Virus record (IMG/VR): IMGVR_UViG_3300046660_000385
Span: 32,001 to 96,000 of that record
DNA: 64,000 bases
DNA from: a virus
Reading direction: 5' to 3' (one strand)
Positions 57,301 to 61,853 of the stretch are shown here, piece by piece. A program made the translations under genes and the position numbers. The notes beneath the pieces were generated by a model. The model made no database searches. It was not told where the DNA came from and was given only the letters and a program-made list of their open reading frames with translations. How positions within the stretch are numbered: the stretch's first letter is position 1; each line of letters opens with the position of its first letter.

Positions 57301-58049
57301 ACGATCCGTGGGACGCCGAGGTGGCGCTGCGGCGCCTGCTGGCCGACCTGTTCGGCGAGACGGCCGGCCAGGTGCTGGCGCACGGCATCACGCGCCCGAC
57401 CCCGTTCGACATGTCCGGCCGGGTCGGCGCCGACCACCTGATCTTCCCGGACATCCAGGAAGGACTGCAGGGCGAGCGCTCGTTCGACGCGTTCCTGGCC
57501 GGCCTGCTCGGCCCGGTCGTCGGCATCGGCGCCAACTGGGCCAGGGCCTTGCAGCAGTGGGGCCGCGGCGACAGCGCGCGCGCGATCGAGACCGCGCTGC
57601 CGTCGGTGGCCAAGGGACCGTGGCGCTCGATCCGCTACGCCGAGGAGGACGGCGCCAAGGACCGCAACGGCATCGTGGTGGCCGATGACATCACCGGCAC
57701 CGAGCACGCGGCCTCGTGGCTGGGGTTCTCGAACGGCCGCGTGCGCGAGGCGCAGGAAGCCAAGGCCGCGATCTACGGGCGCGACCAGGCCCTGCAGCGC
57801 CGCCGCCAGCAGCTGATGGACGAGTACGCCCGCAAGCGCATCAAGCACGAGGACGTGGGCGACCAGATGGCCGCGATCCGGGAGTTCAACCGCGCGCACC
57901 CGAACCGGATCATCGGCGGGCTGCATCTGGCCCAGTCGGTGCGCAACCGCATGAAGCACAACCAGCAGGCCAAACAGGGCCTGTACCTGCCGGCCAAGCG
58001 CGCGAAGGATGCGCGCTCGGCCGGCGATTTCGCAGACGGGGAGGACTAA
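36360..58049 (+). CDS. Giant (7229 aa) DarB-like polyvalent virion protein
   Basis: iPPase-like, C5-MTase-like (PC, ENP), ART-like, DUF6884-like, LPD1 (HEWFH), N6-MTase (LEPSAGTG, NPPF), strawberry-notch SF2 helicase (GDGTGVGKG, DEAH, QGFGRTHR), zincin (HEALGH) and PLxRFG motifs. Confidence 0.92.
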   Translation: MANDNKDLGDFAAITPGTQPDLGEFAKITPNGGKPRSAIGEIGNQLKAGMLVDLPKMAGQAIQYTSDPGRPVYEFGKSIADYAREQEARPDLQPQEYDHNIVTNTLAAGARMIPQSIIPAAGVGLVASGVGAGAGGALLAGSVLGAAPAGMAQAEDTLEKARAKGDISEHDALVAARKTGLIEWGGETVGNYLGGKMFGLAGRAIGKTTGTAAERALQEATNTQVLKPWMRQLPETIIGEVGTEMGQNAGEAYVEQQAGIDNHAPWDAAKEAILPTIGMTALLAPFGLAGMGVNAHRQQQRNDVLTSPDADQNSRTRIAAEIAPEIEKVDRQAAANFRVNAARAISSNQPLTLDSSLFADPAAAPPAPSAPAAQPAINPADAPDAGTDVVPQNAMTAAASLVQPMLPMRQEGAQKQAEERTRTTGIPHEVVPHPSAAGMFGVRAVQDPALEQGAAPAAEAPPLDPAAPATPAAPVGLQIGETVQATINGEDVFPEGTRITGFSPNGKFVLVEGSTAGIPIENITRLDPAAAAAIELGAHEAATSPQNDRPEPSEAQKHAGNYKKGPAELQGLPLMIENPVGSTRTGTDPDGTPWSTTMSDHYGYIRGTKGSDGKELDIYVGPNPASHHVFVVDQMNQDTGEYDEHKIMLGYNSPEQAQRAYEAHYTQGWQGGENVTATTVDGLKEWLKGDTTQPFNPAYYPDMQIPAGPDLFNTEQAAPPAVTTEAPAAPQQPQDREQIARDTLRELGQISNDHFGGNHPNAIDFGTADGTFAGLGTLNMDEQGNIVLRRFAYNEDHVLKNGKPASLQEMMDASLFSGSTPDAGAVPTSGLASFHDAYSKRAYDAIFRIQPQELVELARQGKAVLGNLSEGEVLLSGDIAGKYLSELNGKPVTPEELQRLTKPAGRMQGAALTEDELNAAFDQAENELAQEQKPPAQEPQAQEPSARWDNATPDERIDMLTKAGRGDVAEDFAHVGWDDLSPRAQEALSRPAQQPQSAYERYKEIMTRGGSGTAKLVDEIRRSDELTDAQVQELVGLPKIDKAAEEKSRADSAAFGQRAAEILSTLKGLKTPDAIASAQQTLSTLADDMDAVNDRFRNLVRKAADEIPAWMPHNLGQAGDAERQAANRVKNTLEGVANFGKNVTAPEHAGNEFKEYDPNNRFEPTASPEDAIGEAEIDERVIPLTMDASDFKEVTDEWASLFAAPGQKVITEQRAKQAGVMSQEEAAAQLAKWKEHVAKQAEEHRGENSQRTILSLFDLSGEWSKPWREAGYNVVTFDIQTGQDVNDFSVEYFTDEWDLSDVYGILAAAPCTDFTHAASRLWAVKDADGRTEASKELVLQTLRTIEYFRPKFWALENPSGGRIEKVTGLPSPRLSFQPHHFGNPETKPTALFGKFNPELPLANVAPTGSKTDKVGGKSIETKNERSETPEGFAYAFFMANNYIDQTPEQRLVGDFPELSGAVKGALKAGMDEEAIRDVVTRTYEDGDPDAARNELVQAVADHVKENGAPAKPAGVDYPNRRLGFQKAATDEADAYNDHAWANIAAANMKVGDKFELGGKQQSVESISDKTLKLKDADGKTRTLNPDGVAWDQFKRDLAGQLVVENLQANNIMKPARPLIDILRRDPAAHVDSKGSVYLRDGGLVPAAKQEDEEQATAWADVETGDRMDVVAYRARPFGAKEDGHPKGGVFYAETEDGTAGYGGTAAEVVKEKLSLTNVLVVDNKQAALTKLFGKNSDELGKYFDARDDESKNAESVADELIGPAAKAAGYDAVLYKQDTDLYGNATRSLQVVRNVDSQAEQAKPEAPAPAATEDEAKPGKIRSFSEDEKRAIAGISLGTGTLVNRELELGLGNFIRPNTIKALREKLLGMDPDKVRPYIDGAVRRYERERAEKEPVVQNQQKIHVYDEKEAKPLLIIACTEEKLAGRHAVIDLYQGAMFDVLRKWLPKGAIDVYVLSAKYGLVRAEAVLQSYDEKMTASRQKELIAEGLVPSDFKGKNFSEVYIAGGQLYAPVAQVYAEQLRAAGFVGPEAEVKGTVGFIGQQRGQLGEYLRTVHERLGTLPERPAPLEVGVRVRIKRLTKAPVAGVSLKDANRFAGRMGTVEREMIVGENRYFIVNLDDTPEKVERQQEFHSGFLDVLTPAEQAAPGELADDVEKRKAQIREQVEATLGADKQLVAQADLVGTGNRFVDFKDSYKAAFERTLAQMAKDGKIEARDVQMFTDSLDKLPGYLDRAARQFINDHHGPDNQELSSLKHKWGYTDENVPKDGRFPDYETALKFDNKRTGKEQFSFEIQVAQGPNGRWAVSSGYQQGGQTGNATGIGMIPPALTSEAHRTRMLAVEAGGEAIRQHLAANGKESLRTTGNILTAITKLKLLGELRDKAAALAARAEAAGAEKLAGQIREVGRDMQPNDVNLTRKRVDETIAGREKLVRAAEKRAEKKAAEKAAKAEPKADPKPEPVAPEAPQPKQDAPGTRRFPKSVRTAIATRLQQVLDGFSADRNTREGRARSIMRSAIEELGKEKTVIDVADQLRDASSDLFKQFKVQADVLDEIADQLDAAENQQEQEVPAAVAEPASPAKFDIGTPPTLDYRLQTRGGTLYLIPPVGKGFTKETRDALRDWLRSAGYFSNATGDHMVSASQITGGPSTDLIPDGVEEQKYGRLVAKEKAKDDGALAGSRPMSPKQFETDLKDHGKLRFGEATYEVKPAGRGGFGRIQADTYIVEVSYPHSNKQIGFQQNLSLQQAVEAARVDAFDWWDNRRVKEAEFAKKREKLVRAGQRELFGLFSKDPDLMRIAADAGLPVEVDAAARRAIVDWVAAEKAVADLDPDRKLMLDNIVIGGRVTFPSEWFDSLRKYLKRAVKRAEKELDRDPAVYQAELIRSAQLVGLPPESVGVFKLGFDHALAGKTKSTLPPSTMMAQGYDAGAAWMKSDEGQAWFTGRRGKKLENTGADLRRWFDESKRKIKEVTADNLTASYEIIKGQASRVEAFANVAGPGATPGTKRYITAVRDSLRPFQEWLLENGPLQTLYGETGYRESESFRITRFLDGRAYPMTYDATGKRVSMEDATAQERLELLQEAAATYNARLQGLAEAMSGATTVEEAARAYQGYLVKNKDEYVYSSTRLTEAGKEIDRLVRGRVHDLEPDTREVENLIKTQNEPDGPSNRKQALMVPKLDHVVREGEKLQDYRKGENVTPQQMKDTFGFADVGFGKWVGAKQDQDHLNYAYDAFMDLAKLLGIDPKHIGLGGSLHFTIGALGHGRHAAHFQARQPHPHGGTVPVINVTNTKGDGTVAHEWFHALDHALSEQWHGSSWVQHEAVQRVVRLLSTSRDIEFLVKKLPLAVSGQSFMRYGRRNTPIHNLKTEAGLIENAEAVLRYDAGRQGGRPTDYKKNADAMGEDYWGNPKELLARAAEAWVHDTLGGTSNYLVNPAWVGEGKVKAPQYKGAPYPMGEERKLFNDALGALVKALRFNDKGVTLDKETFDKEFPDLDRQFKEAYESLKAQIPSMVRAHLAEKEARKVAQKYAKDEAERAKQAEALAAQKAKEQAERDAAEARLREELEKQQQQPVEPPSGPLSEGDLEALFDQAESELAEEQQEQPEAKDPGEATQADHWTQEDYQHLLKLIDDGQVFLLADPSRGLSIIHDMPGQYTEHKGFGLFHTKTPEYDVTWDGGGEMRQTPGGKSYTLVSIKEGREAFLKAINWDQAKTKLQAKLIVKTGPKAAPTLSAEQEKSAKQLIGEAAKLGVTGIEESLKGLIQLFGGNALKSFPAGFDEESYKAAKPHFEKALAAFQAAGKTLVDLFKMLIQHFGPGIRPYAIQFAKEQGLSANLAPPVSATEKIAKWVEQRLQAKETFGSAPLFKVADEAFGGTQAEGKYSVKDAYDAMEAGMNRHIMAQGITPDGAATDAVHKIEELDGWTQRLATQTRRTEEMDEYQQFSTPPSEAFAAAWLANIRPGEVVLEPSAGTGSLAIYAKLAGADVVVNELSSRRAEVLKTVLPEARLFQENAEQLHNILPADVKPSVILMNPPFSATAGRMQGARDTNNGATHIEQALKRLQEGGRLVAIVGSGMAADRPAFKSWWTKIRQDYNVRVNITVDGSNYAKYGTTFDNQILVIDKTGPTTAAVVTGEVKTLAELPALLEGIRNERKAAEGTDGAHPSGQPDADQQGGDRVPAGQEAAGDRAGGADADPVGTGQRDQSDSGGAGLPGHRQDGSAGGRDGEQVGAEAGGEVSDQPGKPGPAGRGANGRGTGGLGNTRGRSGTADRESVPRDGGQQPVTGEVTVEASDQAAATGELSDAIFENYTPQRLSIPGAKPHPGKLVQSAAMSAVLPPSPSYAPNLPKAVIEKGLLSLAQLEAVVYAGQAHQQMLPGGEVRRGFFIGDGTGVGKGREIAGILLDNQRQGRKKAVWLSAKQGLLRDAKRDFAGVSGNPDHILAHNKVKAGEKIDADSGILFTTYDTLRMGSDIKNNAPGLAGPGTMSAEQLKATYPKGTPIEWRGRSGTLESWDTRGHKAKISLPNGVQTTVRFDELKVNGQSGWGGIDHVKNDKKLDSKSRLNQIVEWLGKDFDGVIAFDEAHKMGNVLERKGKRGKTKPSATALAGVALQEALPKARIVYVSATGATEVHNLAYATRLGLWGEGSAFAKVTDFVGGIESGGVAAMELVSRDMKAQGSYLARSLSFDGVTYDRLEHQLTPLQNDIYNELARAWQGVLQNVNAALEATLQNKDPKAKSNALSAFWGNHQRFFSHIITAMQMPTIIEAAQRDLDNGHAVVMQLVNTNQAEQDRQAAKMANDDEAIPEDFDFTPRDTLLNYVRHSFPVQQHEEYTDEEGNKHTRPVVDSKGNPVFNQEMVAKRDALVKNLEQIRVPDNPLDMIVRAFGVSNVAEITGRSRRFIQEQDPKTGGFKVVEQKRPASAVPADADAFMDDKKRVLVFSDAGGTGYSFQSDLGAKNQRRRMHYLVQPGWRANNAVQGFGRTHRSNEANQPHYVLPTTNLKAQKRFISSIARRLDQLGALTKGQRETGGQGLFAATDNLESQHAADAVQAFFVDMYNGTAKLNFAETTAALGLNGLIDESTGALIYGKLPEVPKFLNRLMSLETHRQDEVFEEFFNRLTEVIERAKANGTFDAGMETLRADKVTKLRDEVVYEDKRTGANTRYVELELTHPTHFNSFDQAQSEIVRWGDKFLGFFRNERTGKVFALMRTGTSTDAKSGNVVTRGAQLRTTGGYRYGDEVDKIIKGARGEKTVKKTVVPMLYSPPTNEVLTETYTNTNDKQMTVSSHRLADLLIQRGLERVEQTILAGPSGSERDAFIRLLDKMRPHLVAQKETERQVPAFVRLTADAARSEWDAEVAATPTTYTSKTHLLTGMLLPIWDRLPGDPRVVRTQTEDGERLLGRVVSERNLDQTLKNLGVGSNLSKVAPSTVLQRLMDGQRGILANGWLLQKVRVSNDSRIEISGQSLAYNRAERELLTNNGAFVERINWQERVFIPTGEQGVKLLEKLLEYKPLVELGKPAEAQTEDEDAEFSRGRSDTGMSRGDVQNVVAPIVKGWLNGPKVTVVQSVADLPFKAPSDTRGATYQGQVWIVADNLGHAGEVQFVLAHEALGHIGLQALLGKEALTRELNRLRLINPELAKAAREQAATFGYDLNLATEEALADLAGTGKTINGWQKFAALVQKALRQLGLDRVADWMEGKTQAETMSLLARAREAVEGSRAARTFGNMETARFSDGMKSPWFSQLARQIERLPQKSATALQWGETMMGSGFAQKGVKQDEIYWTGVMDWLLMQGENTKVTKAALLDYLAENGVRVTETMHSEEVPEPTPEGLAKREAVLAKYNERLDDLQERILDSDETPERLALQEEWSNLIDQRNIEADLAYRLPSNRFQRPRYASYTLPGGENNRELLLTLPAREPSFKLDDYIGELSDKYGWEVQGNMRRPGWTEDDLAPDERTRLHALQEESLQEDNERTRNTFQSSHWDQKNVLAHVRFNDRTDSEGKRVLHVEELQSDWGQIGKRDGFKGDPVPPAELDAAAKAARQVLNRNDNLGFDYTIEAMSAIEHHNDWKHRWELDTPSDYAVVDHYRQLYMLNALANAGVPQAPFVGKTEAWLNLALKRVMVYAAEKGYDRVSFVTGDQAVNRFNLSQQVKAVEVEKAVGEPGYRVNITLLDGEPHETWANDDHDLVNLMGKELASKAIDQIKADPFSAARFTGDNLNLGGHGMRTFYDKIVPNAVNNLMKGLGGGRVYEGDVIHKEPYDPKPGTTNYVDEDGRLAYANHGVTGDPDFGANNYYPYKGWSSQPVIDITDTMREKVQGGLPLFSRNVEDTGPLPAARDEASVRLSRATPQQLARQVGDTLKTNTVTKLGRTLSHYRSIGLQFLGRLQLTEIYGKLFPQGDRPNMLQFYSELAAFMDAEKTEGGSKADAIVDRWAKLKRADELASLMHDSTRREIDPSEAYVTGDNYTHWKELNARYEALKKAEPEAIKIFHEAAQMYQTHYANVRQAVKDRIDRTLTAHPNRKSLMRRMEQEFFGRGIKGVYFPLARFGDYVVTVRWVGKDPKPGQSVVREAVIFAETLNQAEDERRRLLAEYPASKGYQVMPVTKRAEFNAARDSVSRGFLKKLYAALDDAGLQDPSLQDTINQLYLTSLPDLSWAKSGIHRTGMPGFSQDARRAFAHHMFHGVSYLAKLNYSDRLAEVLEGMQKFANANAANPDYDHVKAQQVIDEMHKRHDNYMNPKGNQLSTKLTSFGFVWFLGASPASALTNLLQTPTVALPILGGRFGYSKATSALIEASGLAMRGHNDMGKILKGDEKRAWEEWLRIGLVDLTMVHDLVGVASGRDNQLHGNMRKVMKVASFMFHHAERFNRQATALAAYRLARKDGMNHDDAFRASVELTKASHFDYASSNRPRFMQGSAAQVVFLFKQYSQNLIYTFARNAKLAFQGDRQAQKTLAGLLVTHAIAAGIIGLPAVSTLLAAASMLGGSDDDPWDAEVALRRLLADLFGETAGQVLAHGITRPTPFDMSGRVGADHLIFPDIQEGLQGERSFDAFLAGLLGPVVGIGANWARALQQWGRGDSARAIETALPSVAKGPWRSIRYAEEDGAKDRNGIVVADDITGTEHAASWLGFSNGRVREAQEAKAAIYGRDQALQRRRQQLMDEYARKRIKHEDVGDQMAAIREFNRAHPNRIIGGLHLAQSVRNRMKHNQQAKQGLYLPAKRAKDARSAGDFADGED
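48790..49188 (+). CDS. Nested +1-frame gene (132 aa) inside the giant protein gene
   Basis: GAAGG before ATG; GC3-rich codons in this frame; globular-looking protein while the host frame is a G/D/R/A linker. Confidence 0.75.
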   Translation: MNEKLLKVRMARTLLVNQMPINRAAIEFLPGKKPLATEPAVLTLIRWGLDNGINPIPVAPGYPDIDRMEAQVDAMANRWEPRRAVRFLTNPESQDPLDVVLTAEELAASATPEDAAELLIENLYHAMVANSP

Positions 58050-58116
58050 TGTTCCGTAAGTACCCCGTCGGGCGGGCGGGGATTGTTGTACCACTATAAA
58101 ACTAGGGATAACAACC

Positions 58117-58299
58117 ATGCCTTCGCAAGAAACGCACCTGGCGCTCGCCGAACAGCGCATCGCCGCACTGGAAGATAAGGTCGCCAAGCTCACGGCCGAC
58201 CGCGACCAGGCTTTGAAATGGGGAATCGTGACGTTGGGATCGGCCGTCGTCGGCCTGATCTCGTGGATCGTCACCTATTTCAAGGAACACATCAAATGA
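58117..58299 (+). CDS. Coiled coil plus single-TM protein, holin/XhlA-like
   Basis: RIAALED coiled coil then hydrophobic WGIVTLGSAVVGLISWIVTYF; in lysis cassette. Confidence 0.7.
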   Translation: MPSQETHLALAEQRIAALEDKVAKLTADRDQALKWGIVTLGSAVVGLISWIVTYFKEHIK

Positions 58300-58403
58300 C
58301 CAGCCGCAGGATACAGATGCGGGTGTGCCACACCCTCGCCGTCATTGCCGCCACGCTGGCGACCGTGGTCCTGATCTTGACCCTGCGCTCGGTGTTCGTC
58401 TAA
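58296..58403 (+). CDS. Small TM peptide, 35 aa
   Basis: ATGA overlap; hydrophobic. Confidence 0.45.
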   Translation: MTSRRIQMRVCHTLAVIAATLATVVLILTLRSVFV

Positions 58404-58428
58404 CGCCGCGCCCAACCGGGAGACCATC

Positions 58429-58911
58429 TTGATTCTTTCGCTCCTTTCTTTACTGGGCGGCGGGCTGATGCGCCTGCTGCCCGAGATCTTCGCCATGCTC
58501 AAGCAGCGTGGCGACAACCAGCACGAGCTGGCCCTGCTCGACAAGCAGATCGCGCTGGAACAGACCCGCAGCGCCATGCGCCAGGACGAGATCCGCACGC
58601 AGGGCGAAGCCGACCTGAACCTGGCCGAAATGAGTGCGCTCACCGAGGCGCTCAAGGGTCAAATGCAACTAACCCACGTAGGGTGGGTCGACGCCCTGAA
58701 CTTCGCGGTCAGGCCGGTGGCCACCGGATACCTGCTGGCGCTGTACGGGCTGGCAAAGCTGGCCATGTACCAGGTGGCGCTGGCGCACGGTGTCGGCGGC
58801 TGGGAAGCGATTCTCAAGGTGTACGACAGCGAGGACCGCGCGATCCTGTCCGGCATCCTGGGCTTCTGGTTCCTCAACCGCACGATCTCGAAAGCGAACG
58901 GCCAGCGATGA
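58429..58911 (+). CDS. Holin-like membrane protein
   Basis: LSLLGGGLMRLLPE, WVDALNFAVRP, ILGFWFLNR; directly upstream of lysozyme. Confidence 0.78.
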   Translation: MILSLLSLLGGGLMRLLPEIFAMLKQRGDNQHELALLDKQIALEQTRSAMRQDEIRTQGEADLNLAEMSALTEALKGQMQLTHVGWVDALNFAVRPVATGYLLALYGLAKLAMYQVALAHGVGGWEAILKVYDSEDRAILSGILGFWFLNRTISKANGQR

Positions 58912-59345
58912 TGGGGCAGGCGCTCGAACTGGCCCTGCGCCTGATCCGCACGTTTGAAGGGTGCCGGCTGCGCGCGTACCGCGACGTGGTCGGGATTCTG
59001 ACGATCTGCTGGGGATCGACCAGGGGCGTGAAGGAAGGGGAGGTGCGCACGCAGACCCAGTGCGACATGCTGCTGGCCAGCGAGGCGGGCGGCTTCATGC
59101 TCAAGGTCCTGCAGCTGTGCCCGGAGCTGGCGCCGTACCCGGCCCGGCTCGCGGCCGTGACCAGCTTTGCGTACAATTTGGGCCTCGGGTCGCTCTCGGC
59201 CAGCACGCTCAGGCGCAAAATACGGCGCCTGGACTGGGATGGCGCGGCCGCGGAGTTCCCGAAGTGGCGCTTCGCCGGCGGGCGCGCGATCCGCGGCCTG
59301 GTGATCCGCCGCGCGTTGGAGAGGAAAACGTTCGAGGGGGCGTGA
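58908..59345 (+). CDS. Endolysin, GH24 lysozyme
   Basis: FEGCRLRAYRDVVGILTICWG (E-8-D-5-T triad), SFAYNLG, STL, GLVIRRALE. Confidence 0.93.
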   Translation: MMGQALELALRLIRTFEGCRLRAYRDVVGILTICWGSTRGVKEGEVRTQTQCDMLLASEAGGFMLKVLQLCPELAPYPARLAAVTSFAYNLGLGSLSASTLRRKIRRLDWDGAAAEFPKWRFAGGRAIRGLVIRRALERKTFEGA

Positions 59346-59364
59346 TACTATCACGCCGCAATAC

Positions 59365-59399
59365 AAGCCCGTCCACCTTCGCGGTGGGCGGGCTTTTTT
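59365..59399 (+). terminator. Rho-independent terminator ending the late operon
   Basis: AAGCCCGTCCACC-TTCGC-GGTGGGCGGGC followed by T6. Confidence 0.85.
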
Positions 59400-59403
59400 A
59401 CGT

Positions 59404-59634
59404 TTACGGGGTCAGCGTGGCCGGGGCGTTCTCGGCCAGGTCGCGGTAGATGCCGTCGTCGTCCATCAGCAGCGGGATCGAGTTAATCATCAGGCCGCCA
59501 CTGGGCGTGCGCAGGGCGCCGTCAAAGTACAGCATCAGGCTGCGGCTGTTGCCGGACGCCAGGGCGATGAGCGCTTCCTTCTCCTGGCCGTGATAGGAGA
59601 GGGTGACGGGCTGGCCGGTGGTGTAGGTCGTCAT
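59404..59634 (-). CDS. Hypothetical protein (MTTYTTGQPV...)
   Basis: ATGA coupling. Confidence 0.7.
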   Translation of the reverse strand: MTTYTTGQPVTLSYHGQEKEALIALASGNSRSLMLYFDGALRTPSGGLMINSIPLLMDDDGIYRDLAENAPATLTP

Positions 59635-59954
59635 GGCATCACGTATTCGCGGCCGTCCGGGTCGCGGCGCCGGCCGCTGTCCGGGTGCCTGTGCCAAGCC
59701 GACGGCTCCGTGCCGTCCTCGCCGCTCCAGGCATCGAGCGCGGCCTTCGCCTTCTCGTAGCTGCCGTAGCACCAGCGGTCGTTGCGCCCGTAGCCCCACG
59801 GCGTCAGGTCGGCAAGGATCGCCCAGGTGTACATGAATTTCTGGATGCCGCAGATGCGGCCGTGCTTGACGGTGATGTCGAGCAGGTACGGGTCCCAGTT
59901 GGCGCGCACGGCGGCCAGCTCCTGGGCAAGGAGGTCGGGAGAGTCGAGGTTCAT
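59631..59954 (-). CDS. Hypothetical phage protein, 107 aa
   Basis: DRWCY...WHRHP..GRRR; TATAAT lies 8 nt before ATG, possibly leaderless. Confidence 0.78.
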   Translation of the reverse strand: MNLDSPDLLAQELAAVRANWDPYLLDITVKHGRICGIQKFMYTWAILADLTPWGYGRNDRWCYGSYEKAKAALDAWSGEDGTEPSAWHRHPDSGRRRDPDGREYVMP

Positions 59955-60023
59955 GGGCGCGGATTATACGGGCATTTTACGGATCGCCCGAATTGTGCTG
60001 CAAACAGGTGCCTCACATCTTGG

Positions 60024-60386
60024 TTAGTTGCAAATTGGGGTTTCCGGCACGCGCCAGACCGGCACGCGGGCGCGCTCGGCCTTCGCCACCATGTCGGCCG
60101 TCCCGGTTCCGCCCTTGAACGCGACCACCGCCTCGGGTTTGAACTCGGCCAGCATCTGGCTGTTGCGGATGCCGCCGGCGGCGTTGCCGTAGCGGTCCCA
60201 GTCGGCCTCGCACGTTTCATGTGGAACCCGGCGCAGCTTGGCCCAGTCGCGGGCCAGGCGGTCGGCGCCGCGCGCGCCGCCCTCGATCAGCAAGCTGATG
60301 CCGTGCTTGGCGTGCACCGCGTCGAGCGCGGAGTAGACCCGCGCGCGGTTGGCGTACTTGCGCCCGCCGGTGACGAGAACGCGCAC
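60024..60386 (-). CDS. SLOG/YspA-like (DUF2493) protein
   Basis: RVLVTGGR, IEGGARGAD, ADWDRYG.AAG.IRN..M, AF.GG.GTADM. Confidence 0.88.
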   Translation of the reverse strand: MRVLVTGGRKYANRARVYSALDAVHAKHGISLLIEGGARGADRLARDWAKLRRVPHETCEADWDRYGNAAGGIRNSQMLAEFKPEAVVAFKGGTGTADMVAKAERARVPVWRVPETPICN

Positions 60387-60937
60387 TACTTCTTGTTCCA
60401 GGCGCTCTCGTCCAGTGGCTTCTCGGGCGCGAACCAGCCGGCAAAGCGCCCGCCGAAGTTTATGTGGGTGAGGTCGTCGACGACCGGCTCGGACAGCGTG
60501 ACGGCGCGGCCCTTGCGGTGGATCTCGGACCTGGCCAGCCAGCCGCTGCCGTCGCGGCACTCGACGTTCACCATCAGGCCCTCGACCCGCTCGGGCATGC
60601 GCGAGATTGCGCCGTACTTGTCCATCAGCGCGATCTTGCGCTCGGTCGACATCGACTCGGGCAGGGTCCACATTTCATGGATGTGCACCACCGTGTGGGC
60701 GTTGTTCATCTGGACCAGCTCGCGCACGCTGAACGCGAGGGCGTTCTTCTCGCGCTCGTTGGCGACATTGGCGTCGACCACCAGGGTCTCGTCGCCATAG
60801 ATCAGGACGGCGGCGTCGGACTCGCCGACCTCCACGATCTGGCTGCGCGCGCCCTTGAGGGCCTGCTTGATGTGGCCCTGGATCGCCGGCGGCAGGTCGG
60901 CCAGCGTCAGGTGCTCGACTTTTTCTTTGTCCGTCAT
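60386..60937 (-). CDS. Hypothetical protein, 183 aa
   Basis: AAGGAGG RBS. Confidence 0.82.
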   Translation of the reverse strand: MTDKEKVEHLTLADLPPAIQGHIKQALKGARSQIVEVGESDAAVLIYGDETLVVDANVANEREKNALAFSVRELVQMNNAHTVVHIHEMWTLPESMSTERKIALMDKYGAISRMPERVEGLMVNVECRDGSGWLARSEIHRKGRAVTLSEPVVDDLTHINFGGRFAGWFAPEKPLDESAWNKK

Positions 60938-60970
60938 GGTTCGCCTCCTTTAGATTGGCACAAATGGATT

Positions 60971-60999
60971 TAACATAATGCTAATTATGCGCGCGGGCA
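60971..60999 (-). promoter_or_regulatory. Putative leftward promoter with palindromic operator
   Basis: TTGCCC-17-TATGTT with CATAAT-TAGC-ATTATG (60989-60974) overlapping. Confidence 0.5.
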
Positions 61000-61003
61000 A
61001 CGG

Positions 61004-61276
61004 TTATGGATTGGCGGCAGGTTTCTGCCGGTCCAGCAGCCGCATCAGTTTCAGGTCCTCGGCCAGCATCTTGCGCAGCACCTTGGCCGCGCCTTTACTC
61101 ATCAGCTTGATCTGTGCCTTGATCGACTCCACCGCACCTGGCCGGCGCAACAACGCCACGCGCGCATGGCGCACCCGGGTCATCGTGGCCAGCAGTTCCA
61201 GCTCGGCGTCGGACGGCGGCGTCCAGGCCGCCAGCGGGCGCGCCACCAGGGCGCGCTTCTTGTCTCGCATATTCAT
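61004..61276 (-). CDS. Hypothetical basic protein
   Basis: MNMRDKKR...; ATGA coupling. Confidence 0.65.
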   Translation of the reverse strand: MNMRDKKRALVARPLAAWTPPSDAELELLATMTRVRHARVALLRRPGAVESIKAQIKLMSKGAAKVLRKMLAEDLKLMRLLDRQKPAANP

Positions 61277-61638
61277 GTGTCGTTCCTCAGATAGGTCTTG
61301 CACGAACCGCAGTAGCGGTTCCTGATGTCCTCGCGCGAGTGGCTGGTCAGCCCGCAGCGGCAGCAGTAAATGCCGCCGTCGGTCAGCAGGTACTCCTGGC
61401 GCGGCTTGACCTCGGGCGTGAGGCCCAGCTGCTGGCGCCACGCGAGGCAGGCCCGCGGCGTGCCCATCACCATGTTGCACTTCAAATGCTGGGCCAGCAC
61501 GCTGTCGACGATCCAGGCATCGCCGTCGCGGTGGTTCTCGTTCCATTCGCGCGTCAGCGCGACCAGGTCGGTGACGGGAATCCAGCCCTCGATCACGACA
61601 CAGTCGTTCTCGCGCCGCACCCTGTAGCCGTCGCTCAC
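61273..61638 (-). CDS. Hypothetical protein with C-terminal Zn finger (CxxC...CxxC)
   Basis: CCRCGLTSH...NRYCGSC; GTGA coupling. Confidence 0.72.
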   Translation of the reverse strand: MSDGYRVRRENDCVVIEGWIPVTDLVALTREWNENHRDGDAWIVDSVLAQHLKCNMVMGTPRACLAWRQQLGLTPEVKPRQEYLLTDGGIYCCRCGLTSHSREDIRNRYCGSCKTYLRNDT

Positions 61639-61853
61639 GACGCGCGGCCTTTCAGGTCGCGGCGGATCTCGGCCGCCATCGTCTCGAGCATGCCCGGCAG
61701 CGTGAACAGCACCTCGGGCGGGGCCTGCACGGAAAAGCCGTGGCCCTTGTTGCCGCTCAGGACAATCACGACGGCGCCGAGCGCTTCGGCTTTCGCGCGC
61801 ACCTCCGTGCACAGGTCGTCGTACTTGCCGGGGTTCTTTTCGGTATGGATCAT
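61635..61853 (-). CDS. Hypothetical protein (PGKYDDLCT...GHGFSVQ)
   Basis: ATGA coupling. Confidence 0.72.
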   Translation of the reverse strand: MIHTEKNPGKYDDLCTEVRAKAEALGAVVIVLSGNKGHGFSVQAPPEVLFTLPGMLETMAAEIRRDLKGRAS

